A stretch of 26,252 bases of DNA, from positions 1 through 26,252 of IMG/VR virus record IMGVR_UViG_3300022862_000026; one strand, written 5' to 3'. The translations under genes were made by a program, and so were the position numbers. The notes under the pieces were generated by a model that was not told where the DNA came from, ran no database searches, and saw only the letters and a list, made by a program, of their open reading frames with translations. Positions 1-7,978 of this stretch are shown piece after piece. Each line of letters starts with the position of its first letter. Positions within the stretch are counted from its first letter, which is position 1. This stretch comes from a virus. Taxonomy: Duplodnaviria > Caudoviricetes.

Positions 1-1921
1 GGCGATCGGTTTCGGTGAGGTCGGCGTGCTCCGCAAGGTAGCGATTCGCAATCTTGTTGGCATCGCCATTGTCTTGCAGTCCGGCCAGCTGCTTCTGCAA
101 CGTGTCGAGATAGGTCTGCCCCGCTGTACTCATGCCGGTCTTCGCGGCATTGTTGGCCGTCGTCGCAGCCGTGTTGCGGTCCGTCTCACCCGTCAACTCA
201 GCGAGCTTGGTCTTCAGGTTCTGCAGCTCGCCACTTAGGTCCGAGGCTTTGATCTGCCCGGTTTCGATAGCCTGGGCCATAGCTTCGGTAACGCCAGGGA
301 TACCGCGCACCTGGTCGGCGACTGCCTTCCAGTCCACAACCGCGCCATTGGCAAAATCTTTCGCGGCAGACCGTACCAGGTCGAGCGCTTTTTGAGCCTC
401 CCCAGGCATGGGCGCCAGGCCAGTCATCAGGCCGTCGACACCAGCAGCTCCGACACCCCGAAGGTCATTTTCGAAGCGATCAGCAATCGAGCCCGAAACC
501 TGAGAAAGTTGGCTCTGCGTGTCTTCGATCTTGCCCTGAAGTTCGCGCAGCGCAACGGCCTGGGTCGCGCTGTTCAGCTTGTTGAAGCGCTCGACCAGCT
601 TGTCGAGCGGGTCGCTGAGGTCTCCCAGCTTCTTCTCTAGTGAGTCGGAGTTGTCCCTCAGCAGCAGGAAACTGGCGGCGGCGGTACCAGCCATAATCGC
701 GAGTCCCGCTGGGCCGCCCAAGGTAGCCAGCAGCCCGCCCGTTGCTGCGCGGCTCAGGTTAGCTTGGGCAATCGCCAGCGTCTCAGTAGAGGCGGTCAGC
801 GCGGCCTGTCTTGGTATGAGCTGGCTTTGCACCAATGCCAAGCGCTGCAGGCCTGTGGCAGCAGCTACCGAAGCCTGAGCCTCTTGAAGCTGTGCCTGGG
901 CGAAAATCCGCTGAGCTTCAGCTGCCGCAAGCGCCGACCTGGCGCCTTGCAACCCGGCCTTGTGTTGGGCAAGTATCGCGCCAACTGCTGTGTAGGCTTT
1001 CGCGGCATAGGAGGTCAAAGCTGCGGCCCCGGCACCAGCCATCGCCACCGCCACAAGGTCAACGTTCTCGGCCAGCACTACCAAGAAGTTGGACAGAGCC
1101 GCCACGGCGCCGGTTTGTTCCTCCATCTTGCCGAGGAATGCCCCCGTGGCATTCCCGATGTTGTTCAGTGCATCCTGAACACTTGTGGACATATCTGCTA
1201 CAGCCTTGCGGTTGGCCTCCACCGTTTGCAGCAAGCCAGTATTAATATCCTCAAGGGCCAGCTTCCCGTCGCTACCAAGCTTGCGAACCTCGTCGGCGCC
1301 CTTGCCAGTAGCGTTGGCTATTGCATCCACGATGGTCGGCATGGCTGCCTGGATCGACTGCCAGCCATCAACTTCTACCTTTCCGGTCTGGAGTGCCTTC
1401 GAGTAGGCATCTAGTGCCGATCCAGCCTTATCAGCCGCCGCAGCGTTCGTCACCAAGAGGAAGCTGAAACTGTCAGTGATATCCAGCGTCTGCTGCGTGT
1501 TGAAGCCCAGACTACGCATCACATCAGCGGTGCGGATGTAGAGCTCTTGGGCCTCGGCCAGTGGCCGGTATGTCTCCTGGGCGGTCTGCATTAGGTGCTC
1601 CTGCACCATTTGGTATTCGCCCGCGCTCCCTGCGGCCGCCCTCATGCGGTCAGACATCTGACCGTAGGCATCAACTTGCTTGATGATTCCCCCGATCAGG
1701 CCAGCACCCGCAACCGCCGCGAAGGCCCCGCGCACGAGTGTCCCTGCGCCGTGAGCCGCAGCACCAGCTCTATCAAACGCAGTGTCAACCGTCGCCAGAT
1801 TGCGATCGATTGCCTGACTCGTCTTGGAAACCAGTTGATCTGCACTCGCCAATTCACGTCGCAACTGGGCAGTTGTCGCCTCGATCTGTACAAGCATCCC
1901 CTGGACTTGTTGGTCAGCCAT
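1..1921 (-). CDS. Tail tape measure protein (5' part; runs off the window, so absent from the ORF track)
   Basis: Manual translation from ATG 1921 (GGAG RBS): MADQQVQGMLVQIEATTAQLRRELASAD...TAQETYRPLAEAQELYIRTADVMRSLG...ALQTGKVEVDGWQSIQAAMP. Ala-rich helical sequence with a tape-measure N-terminal domain; no stop in the part checked (down to about 600); follows the tail chaperones. Confidence 0.95.
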   Translation of the reverse strand, partial: MADQQVQGMLVQIEATTAQLRRELASADQLVSKTSQAIDRNLATVDTAFDRAGAAAHGAGTLVRGAFAAVAGAGLIGGIIKQVDAYGQMSDRMRAAAGSAGEYQMVQEHLMQTAQETYRPLAEAQELYIRTADVMRSLGFNTQQTLDITDSFSFLLVTNAAAADKAGSALDAYSKALQTGKVEVDGWQSIQAAMPTIVDAIANATGKGADEVRKLGSDGKLALEDINTGLLQTVEANRKAVADMSTSVQDALNNIGNATGAFLGKMEEQTGAVAALSNFLVVLAENVDLVAVAMAGAGAAALTSYAAKAYTAVGAILAQHKAGLQGARSALAAAEAQRIFAQAQLQEAQASVAAATGLQRLALVQSQLIPRQAALTASTETLAIAQANLSRAATGGLLATLGGPAGLAIMAGTAAASFLLLRDNSDSLEKKLGDLSDPLDKLVERFNKLNSATQAVALRELQGKIEDTQSQLSQVSGSIADRFENDLRGVGAAGVDGLMTGLAPMPGEAQKALDLVRSAAKDFANGAVVDWKAVADQVRGIPGVTEAMAQAIETGQIKASDLSGELQNLKTKLAELTGETDRNTAATTANNAAKTGMSTAGQTYLDTLQKQLAGLQDNGDANKIANRYLAEHADLTETDR

Positions 1922-1938
1922 GCTTTTCTCCGGGCCAT

Positions 1939-1960
1939 AAAAAAACCCGCCGAAGCGGGT
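1939..1960 (-). terminator. Rho-independent terminator of the lipoprotein moron
   Basis: Minus strand ACCCGC-TTCG-GCGGGT followed by a T run, just after the stop at 1976. Confidence 0.9.
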
Positions 1961-1975
1961 AGTAAAACGGGAAAA

Positions 1976-2311
1976 CTAACGACAGTGCGTCGACCAGGCT
2001 GTCTCAAAATCTCGTGGGTTCATGCGGCCATCATTTTCGAAAACTACCATTTCCTTGCTTGCCGCGATAAATCTCCTGAAACCAACGTAGCCCCCAAACG
2101 AATTCTTGGAATTCACCTCGCCACAAAGCCCGTGCTGATTACGAAACTCAGCGCTGCCTGGATCTTTTAAGACTCCACCCACAAATTCTCTAGCAACGCG
2201 CTGGTTTCTTATCTCAGCCATTGCGGCTGCACTTTCTGCCTTCTTCGCATCCGATTGTCCGCATGCTGCCAGCAACAAAAAGGTAGGAAGCATCAGTATC
2301 ATTTTCTGCAT
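1976..2311 (-). CDS. Moron lipoprotein, putative superinfection exclusion protein
   Basis: Signal peptide with lipobox LAAC; motif LKDPGSAEF...CGEVNSKNSFGGYVGF; lower GC than flanks; own terminator; inserted between chaperone and tape measure genes. Confidence 0.8.
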   Translation of the reverse strand: MQKMILMLPTFLLLAACGQSDAKKAESAAAMAEIRNQRVAREFVGGVLKDPGSAEFRNQHGLCGEVNSKNSFGGYVGFRRFIAASKEMVVFENDGRMNPRDFETAWSTHCR

Positions 2312-2339
2312 TGGTCATTCCCTCGCACTCGAACAGGGA

Positions 2340-2348
2340 AGACTAACA
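2340..2348 (-). promoter_or_regulatory. Candidate extended -10 promoter of the moron
   Basis: Minus strand TG-T-TAGTCT about 30 nt upstream of the ATG; no good -35. Confidence 0.45.
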
Positions 2349-2353
2349 AAACG

Positions 2354-2632
2354 CTAATTGGCACGTCTTCCCGTCAGCGCCTGCCGTAGCTTATCCGCCA
2401 CATTAGAGGCCTTCGGCTTGCCCTGCTGCCCCGAGGCCTTACCACTGCCGAACGGATTGGTCATCTGAGCCCACTCAATCCTGGCATCCATGGCCATGAA
2501 CAGCTCAGGAAGCGGCGTAGACCAGGCCACATCAGGCGCCCAGCCCAGCCAACCGGTGGCGATCCCATACAGCCGGTCGACGTAGCTGCCGTCCTCGACA
2601 GCGCTTACGCCGTCCCGGCATGGTCGTTTCCC
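2354..2632 (-). CDS. Tail assembly chaperone gpT portion, reached by -1 frameshift (G-T fusion spans 2354..2934)
   Basis: The -1 frame after G GGA AAC reads ...YVDRLYGIATGWLGWAPDVAWSTPLPELFMAMDARIEW...RRAN*, with the typical LGWxPxxxWxxP gpT motif. Confidence 0.85.
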   Translation of the reverse strand, partial: GKRPCRDGVSAVEDGSYVDRLYGIATGWLGWAPDVAWSTPLPELFMAMDARIEWAQMTNPFGSGKASGQQGKPKASNVADKLRQALTGRRAN

Positions 2633-2934
2633 TGGTCACCACCTCGCGGATTGTAGAGAGCACCCAAGTACTTAGTGACCACCGGCGTCAGCCCGGCCAC
2701 GCCTTCCTGCCATACCTTCTCGGGCAGGGCTTCGGCAGCCTTGCCTTCTAGGTCAGCGCCAGCGGCGATGATGAAGGCCACCGCATCTACGCCGACTGCA
2801 TGCAGGGCTCCTGATGCGCCGCGCAGGCCGCCAAACCGGCTCTCAATGGCACGAACAGCCTTAAGGGTAGGCTTCAGGGTGAGGTGCTCATCGCCCAGCA
2901 TCACGGTCACGGTGCCGTGCAAGGTGTTGTTCAT
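2605..2934 (-). CDS. Tail assembly chaperone gpG (109 aa, start MNNTLHG)
   Basis: Directly downstream of the major tail gene; LTLKPTLKAVRAIESRFGGL motif; slippery site near its 3' end. Confidence 0.88.
   Translation of the reverse strand: MNNTLHGTVTVMLGDEHLTLKPTLKAVRAIESRFGGLRGASGALHAVGVDAVAFIIAAGADLEGKAAEALPEKVWQEGVAGLTPVVTKYLGALYNPRGGDQGNDHAGTA
2626..2632 (-). other. Programmed -1 ribosomal frameshift slippery heptamer G GGA AAC
   Basis: X XXY YYZ in the correct frame (CAG GGA AAC), close to the gpG stop. Confidence 0.88.
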
Positions 2935-2974
2935 AGATCGATCCTGCGAGGCCGGGGCCGAAGCCCCAGCGGAG

Positions 2975-3475
2975 TTATGGGGTAACCGGCGCCGGCAGCA
3001 GCTCGATGATGTCCGAGTTGATGCCGATGGTGACGTTGCGGCGGACCACGTTATCGGCAGCACCTGGTGCGACGGTGTTGTTCATCACCTTCCCGCGGTA
3101 GTAGAAGGTGGTCGGCTTAATCGCCGGCGAAGCATCAGGGTCACCGTCGTTGAGGGTGATCTTGATGTTGTAGTCGCCCTTGCTGCGGTCCTTGTGCGCG
3201 GTCTTGATGGCGGTCTGGCCAGCGTCGACGTTGTCCAAACCCACGGTCATAGTCATGTCGCCGGCATCGGCGGTGCCCTTGTACTTGCGCACACGGCCAT
3301 CCTTCAGCGAGGTGAAGTTCACGCTGCTGAAGGTATCGCCGAACTCGCCCAGGTCTTCGATCTCGCCCACTTCGACGTAAGTGTCGGCTTCGTATTCGGT
3401 CTGGGTGTCCGCGCCGGTCTTGCCACCAATGAAGAGGCGGCAGCCGGCGGCTGTGTTGAGGTTGTCGTCGGCCAT
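2975..3475 (-). CDS. Major tail (tube) protein
   Basis: GEIEDLGEFGD...RVRKYKGTADAGDMTMT motif; GGAGG RBS; gene order; followed by a GGGGC-TTCG-GCCCC hairpin. Confidence 0.92.
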   Translation of the reverse strand: MADDNLNTAAGCRLFIGGKTGADTQTEYEADTYVEVGEIEDLGEFGDTFSSVNFTSLKDGRVRKYKGTADAGDMTMTVGLDNVDAGQTAIKTAHKDRSKGDYNIKITLNDGDPDASPAIKPTTFYYRGKVMNNTVAPGAADNVVRRNVTIGINSDIIELLPAPVTP

Positions 3476-3530
3476 GGGGGTTCCTCCAAAGGCACATTGG
3501 ATAAAAGCCGCGGCGCGGCCGGTGGGTGAT

Positions 3531-3917
3531 TCAGTGGGTGGTGATCACGCGGACGGTGATCGAGCCCTGGTAAGTGATACCGTCCGCGTCGCGCTGGGCG
3601 TCGGACTGCTCCACCCGGACGGAGACCGCGCGACCCACCTCCAGCGGCAGCCGGCGCTCATCGAGGGCGGCGATAACTTCGCCGTTGATGCGTTTGACCT
3701 CGGCCTGGCCCACGGCATCGGACCAGACCGACAGGTACAGCAGGCGCACTTCGCGCTTTCGTCCCGAGATCGGGCTGCTGTTGACCGAAACCTCTCGATC
3801 GATTGAGACGTACGGCATCTCGGCGTTCAGCGGCGCACCGTCGTATATCGGGCAGCTGACCTCAGCCTGAAGCCTGGCAAAGATGGCCTCCTGCAGGGCC
3901 AGTGATGGGTCAGCCAT
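3531..3917 (-). CDS. Tail completion/terminator protein (DUF3168-like)
   Basis: LQEAIFARL...IYDGAP...PYVSI...LSVWS motifs; upstream of the major tail gene. Confidence 0.88.
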   Translation of the reverse strand: MADPSLALQEAIFARLQAEVSCPIYDGAPLNAEMPYVSIDREVSVNSSPISGRKREVRLLYLSVWSDAVGQAEVKRINGEVIAALDERRLPLEVGRAVSVRVEQSDAQRDADGITYQGSITVRVITTH

Positions 3918-4485
3918 TACCTACCCCCTGGCTTGCCTTGCGCAGCGTTCGGCGAACCGCTTCCTCAAGGTCGGCCATGACGTACTCGCGGTTTACGTCC
4001 AGGGATGGGCGAAGCCACGGGTGGGCCGGCCTAGCGGGTATGTCCGGGTACTTTCCGAAGAAGTGCTGTCCGTCGGACTTGTTCTTCGTATCGCGCTGCC
4101 GGATCGAATTGCGCCGGCCTTTCAGCTGCGACTTGTCGCGGTTGTTGGTGTGCACGCCGCCAACCGCGTCCCGGTCAGCTCGCTGGTAGATGGTGCCGGT
4201 ATAGCCCTTGGTACCGTACTCGAGGAACCGCAGGTAGAAGAAGCGGCGGTTGTCCCGCTTGCCCCTGATGCCTACCTGGGCATCCAGCCCGCTGGGCGAG
4301 ACATAGACCCGCAGCGCCGCCGACGCAGCGCCGGTGTCCTTCGGGATCAGCTGCTGCTGGGTGGCCAGCACCCGGGCGGCAGCCTTGGTCATGGCCGGGT
4401 GGAGCTCGTTGTCCATCGTCTTGTGGATATTGCGTAGCGTCCGGCGCAGCCGGATATCGCCGCGAATACTGGACCGGCGCCTCAT
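3910..4485 (-). CDS. HK97 gp10-family neck/tail component
   Basis: PKDTG, FYLRFLEYGT and PARPAHPWLRP motifs. Confidence 0.9.
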   Translation of the reverse strand: MRRRSSIRGDIRLRRTLRNIHKTMDNELHPAMTKAAARVLATQQQLIPKDTGAASAALRVYVSPSGLDAQVGIRGKRDNRRFFYLRFLEYGTKGYTGTIYQRADRDAVGGVHTNNRDKSQLKGRRNSIRQRDTKNKSDGQHFFGKYPDIPARPAHPWLRPSLDVNREYVMADLEEAVRRTLRKASQGVGNG

Positions 4486-4488
4486 GGC

Positions 4489-4659
4489 CTACTCCTTGGC
4501 CGGTTCGGCCTTCGCTGGCTTCGCGGACTTGTCGGTAACCGCTTCGGCATACCCCCGGGCAATCAGGCCTTCGCCATAGGCCTTGTCGACCTCGAACTCT
4601 TCGCCCTTCTCACGCTCACCAGATGCGCCCGTCAGCGGGCCTAGTGCTCGAATTTTCAT
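4489..4659 (-). CDS. Small 56-aa morphogenesis-region protein (not in ORF track)
   Basis: MKIRALGPLTGASGEREKGEEFEVDKAYGEGLIARGYAEAVTDKSAKPAKAEPAKE*; GAGGT RBS; fills the gap between its neighbours. Confidence 0.8.
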   Translation of the reverse strand: MKIRALGPLTGASGEREKGEEFEVDKAYGEGLIARGYAEAVTDKSAKPAKAEPAKE

Positions 4660-4667
4660 TCTTCACC

Positions 4668-4994
4668 TCATGGGTTTGGGACTGATGAGCAAAGAAGCCT
4701 CATCAGCGAGTTATCGTTGTCGGGCAGCACAGCTTCGACTTTGTAAGTCACCCCGCGTCTTGTTATCCGCCAACCGGCAGCAATGTCGGCGCGCGGCCTG
4801 GCGATGATCTCGGCGGTGACTACGGACGACAGCTTCTCGGCTACTGGTGCCACCCTTCCGGTGGGGGTACGAATCTCAGCCCACATGATGGGCGGGGTCG
4901 CTGGCAGCCATGTCACCGTCGCACCGCCAGACTTATTCCGCTCTTCATGAGGGAACGCCACCTGGCAGCGATTACGCAGCGGGCCGGCCCTCAT
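4668..4994 (-). CDS. Head closure protein / head-tail adaptor (SPP1 gp16-like)
   Basis: MRAGPLRNR...WAEI...YKVEAVLPD; ATGA overlap with the upstream gene. Confidence 0.9.
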   Translation of the reverse strand: MRAGPLRNRCQVAFPHEERNKSGGATVTWLPATPPIMWAEIRTPTGRVAPVAEKLSSVVTAEIIARPRADIAAGWRITRRGVTYKVEAVLPDNDNSLMRLLCSSVPNP

Positions 4995-5335
4995 ACACCC
5001 CACCCAATCCGGTGAGGCGTCAGGAGTGCCACCGAGCCATTGGGCAGCTCGGTGGCAATGGTCCCGATCACCACGTCCTCACGGTTGGCGTAAAGGTGAC
5101 CGAGGATCAGCAAGCAAGCCGCCTGGATCTGCTTGTTGCAGACCATGGGTGAATCACCGGCATCCCCGACGGCGACTGCCTCATCCAGCGCCTGCTGGTT
5201 GGCGTAAAAACGGCGGTTCAGATAGTCCATCGCCTGCCCCTCCGCCGCCTCGACCAGCAGCTCCAAGTACTCGTCATCATCATCGGGATCTCGAAGGTGA
5301 TGCCGGACAATGGACATACTGATAACCGGCATCAT
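4991..5335 (-). CDS. Head-tail connector (HK97 gp6-like)
   Basis: VRHHLR...DDEYLELLVEAAE...YLNR...ACLLILGHLYANRE motifs. Confidence 0.93.
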   Translation of the reverse strand: MMPVISMSIVRHHLRDPDDDDEYLELLVEAAEGQAMDYLNRRFYANQQALDEAVAVGDAGDSPMVCNKQIQAACLLILGHLYANREDVVIGTIATELPNGSVALLTPHRIGWGV

Positions 5336-5872
5336 CTACTCCTTCAGCGGTTCGAGTGATGCCAGATTCCGCTGCACCAGTTCCTCCGCATGCCGGCGCG
5401 GCACCGTATATGCTGGACCGCCGCGACGACGAAGCTCACCCTCATCCATGTACGAACGCAGCGGATAGATTTGAAGAGTCGCAGGGTTGGGGTTGGCCCG
5501 ATCATCTAGTGCCAACTCATCAGCGCCGGCGCCTCTATCTGCCAAGACTGAGGTAGTTTGAGCGACGGCTTCGGACGCGGCATCGGCGGCGTCCGTCGTA
5601 GAGATACCAGCACCCTGCTCGCCTGTGACGCCATTCGGCACAGTGCCATCGGCTGCCTGCCCCTCTGCCGTCAACAAAACCAAGTCCTCCGCCGAGCCTG
5701 GCGCAGTTGCAGGGACGCCCGAATCAGCGTAGTCGCTAGCGTCTGGAACGATCGCTCGGCCAGGCGAAAGAGGCAACCCGGCAGCTTCAGCCTGCCCGTT
5801 GCTGGAATCAACGGTCGATACCGAATCCTTCGCATCAGCCGTGGAGGCTGGTGTTTCCTGTTTACGTGGCAT
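5336..5872 (-). CDS. Post-capsid protein: long acidic Ala/Ser/Thr-rich region plus a short C-terminal domain (178 aa)
   Basis: ATG 5872 with GGAG RBS; low-complexity N-terminus; lies between capsid and connector genes. Confidence 0.75.
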   Translation of the reverse strand: MPRKQETPASTADAKDSVSTVDSSNGQAEAAGLPLSPGRAIVPDASDYADSGVPATAPGSAEDLVLLTAEGQAADGTVPNGVTGEQGAGISTTDAADAASEAVAQTTSVLADRGAGADELALDDRANPNPATLQIYPLRSYMDEGELRRRGGPAYTVPRRHAEELVQRNLASLEPLKE

Positions 5873-5886
5873 TGGATTACTCCATT

Positions 5887-5908
5887 GCGGCGCCATTTCT
5901 GGCGCCGC
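5887..5908 (-). other. GC-rich hairpin after the capsid gene (mRNA stabiliser or weak terminator)
   Basis: GCGGCGCCA-GAAA-TGGCGCCGC, perfect 9-bp stem, no U tract. Confidence 0.6.
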
Positions 5909-5920
5909 TCTGCGGGATGG

Positions 5921-7102
5921 TTAAGGCGTGACCAGCGGGCCAGTAACGAACGCTTCGTCGCGATAGATGGCAAAGGCCAGGCGCTCTTCAGCACGAATCG
6001 TTGCCATGTTTTTCTCGAAGTCATCACTGTTCTCGGTCGAGATCAGCACTTCAATTTCCATGCGGTCAAAGATCTGAGCGCCGAGCTTGAAAGCACCAAC
6101 CAGGAAGTCGTTCTGGGTCATGGCCTGGGTGGAAACCACCGGACGATTCCATAGCTTCGCGTTGGTGCCTTCTTGCGGTTGACCGATGATGTAGCGGCCT
6201 TCCCCATCCTTGGTCAGCTCAATGGCCGCCCAGTCGATCGGGTTGAGCACGATGCCGTCCGATGGAAACTCGGCCAGTTCGGCCTGCAGAAGTGCCAGAC
6301 GCAGGCGGTCAATGCGCTGCTCGCCCACCACAGCAACGCCAACCGGGGCGGCGTACAGTTGAGCAACGGTCATGAGGCCCTGCAGGTTCACACCGGTGCC
6401 GTTGCCGTAAAGCAACTGAGCCTCTTCAGCCATGTTGAGGCCGTAGCGTGCACGACCGTCGATGTAGCTCTGCAGGGCCTTGGCATCGTCCAGCATCTGC
6501 CGACTGGCTTTGAACAAATGGGCGATGGTCCGCACGTTCGCAGTGGTCAGGCCGAAGGTCAGATCGGAGTACGGCTTGGCAGTGGTCTCCGCCACGGTGC
6601 GGGCGTTGTTCGTGAAGCCAGTCTCACGGACGTACTCGATGGAGTTCGATTCGGTGGTACCCGGCGCGACTAGGTCGCGAACGGTCAGTCGGCGTTGAGC
6701 CGGGGCAATGATCCCGGGCAGGCGCTGAGTCTGCACCAGGTCACCGCCGGTTGCGGTGGTGATGGCCGCACGCGGCACGGAGACACGACGAGAGCCGCGG
6801 AAGGACGAGGTCATGTCCTTCATTTCTTCGCTTTCGATCACGAGGGCGCCTACCGATTTCTGCGGCTCCTCCTGATGGTTGCGATCCCGGCTTGCGTTCA
6901 CGAGCTTCTGCTCGGCCTCGCCCAGTCGCGCCTGAAGCTCGCCCTGCTTGGTCAGTAGTTCATCAACTTTGGCGCGGGTTTCGGTATTCATTTCGCCGGA
7001 GGCCTTGATCTGCTTCTCGGTCGCCTCGGCTTGGCTTTTGATCTGATCGCCAATGCCCTTGAGGCTGGCGTTGAGTTCCTTGACTTGGGCTTCAAAGTCC
7101 AT
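5921..7102 (-). CDS. Major capsid protein, HK97 family with N-terminal delta (scaffold) domain
   Basis: Coiled-coil N-terminus; RRLTVRDL, IAHLFKASRQMLDD, FEKNMATIRAEERLA motifs. Confidence 0.97.
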   Translation of the reverse strand: MDFEAQVKELNASLKGIGDQIKSQAEATEKQIKASGEMNTETRAKVDELLTKQGELQARLGEAEQKLVNASRDRNHQEEPQKSVGALVIESEEMKDMTSSFRGSRRVSVPRAAITTATGGDLVQTQRLPGIIAPAQRRLTVRDLVAPGTTESNSIEYVRETGFTNNARTVAETTAKPYSDLTFGLTTANVRTIAHLFKASRQMLDDAKALQSYIDGRARYGLNMAEEAQLLYGNGTGVNLQGLMTVAQLYAAPVGVAVVGEQRIDRLRLALLQAELAEFPSDGIVLNPIDWAAIELTKDGEGRYIIGQPQEGTNAKLWNRPVVSTQAMTQNDFLVGAFKLGAQIFDRMEIEVLISTENSDDFEKNMATIRAEERLAFAIYRDEAFVTGPLVTP

Positions 7103-7104
7103 GG

Positions 7105-7962
7105 TCACTTTCCTTTCAGAGAATTGAGGAGGTTGGTTGCCGCGCTCAGAGAGGCGGAAAGGTCTGGCGCGACAGCGCGGGGCTTGTCGGGCGGGGCAGC
7201 GTTATGCGTACCCCCGCCGGCAGCGCGAGGCATGCCGGACTTGAAACTGGCGAACAGTTCGCGGCGCTCGGAGCGAGGCATGCCGCCCTTGGCCAGGGCT
7301 ACATCCATGGCCTTGAGCGCATTGGCCTGCGCGGCGTCTTCGGTTTCGCGCTCGGTTACCTCAGTGGGCGACAACAGCCCGGTGGCCAGGCCAAGCTCCA
7401 CGGCACGCTTGCCACGGATGTAGGTTTCGTCGTCCATCAACTCGGCCATGTCTTCTGTCGACTGGCCGCTGGTCTCGGCATAGAGGTCTGCCATCGCGGC
7501 GTCGAACTCCTCCATGTCGTCAGCGATATCCCGCAGGTAGTTGCGATTGCCGGCGAGCCAGGTCCAGCAGTTGTGGATCATGAGAAAGGCGCTGCTGGCC
7601 ACCTCACGCTTTTTGCCGGCCAGGAATACGATCGAAGCAGCGCTAGCCGCCATGCCGAGGACCTTGGTGGTGACCTGGTGGCTGTGCTCCTGCAGGCGGT
7701 TGTAGATAGCAATGCCTTCGAACATGTCGCCGCCTGGCGAGTTGATGTAGACGGTGACATCTCGCTCGCCGATGGCCCGCAGAGCGGCATCGATTCGTTT
7801 CAGCGTGACGCCTTCGCCATACCAGTCTTCGCCGATCACTCCGTAAACAGTGATGGTGTCCGAGGTGTTCTCGACGGCCGCCTGGATCGCGGGATTCCAT
7901 TTTTCGAGCGCGCGCGGGCTCATCTCGCTGCGCAGGCCGCGAGACTGGATCTTGTGCTTCAT
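7105..7962 (-). CDS. Head maturation protease, ClpP-related
   Basis: INSPGGDMFEG, GMAASAAS (catalytic Ser), FLMIHN (His), DETY motifs. Confidence 0.95.
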   Translation of the reverse strand: MKHKIQSRGLRSEMSPRALEKWNPAIQAAVENTSDTITVYGVIGEDWYGEGVTLKRIDAALRAIGERDVTVYINSPGGDMFEGIAIYNRLQEHSHQVTTKVLGMAASAASIVFLAGKKREVASSAFLMIHNCWTWLAGNRNYLRDIADDMEEFDAAMADLYAETSGQSTEDMAELMDDETYIRGKRAVELGLATGLLSPTEVTERETEDAAQANALKAMDVALAKGGMPRSERRELFASFKSGMPRAAGGGTHNAAPPDKPRAVAPDLSASLSAATNLLNSLKGK

Positions 7963-7978
7963 GGATTGCTCCCGTGAT

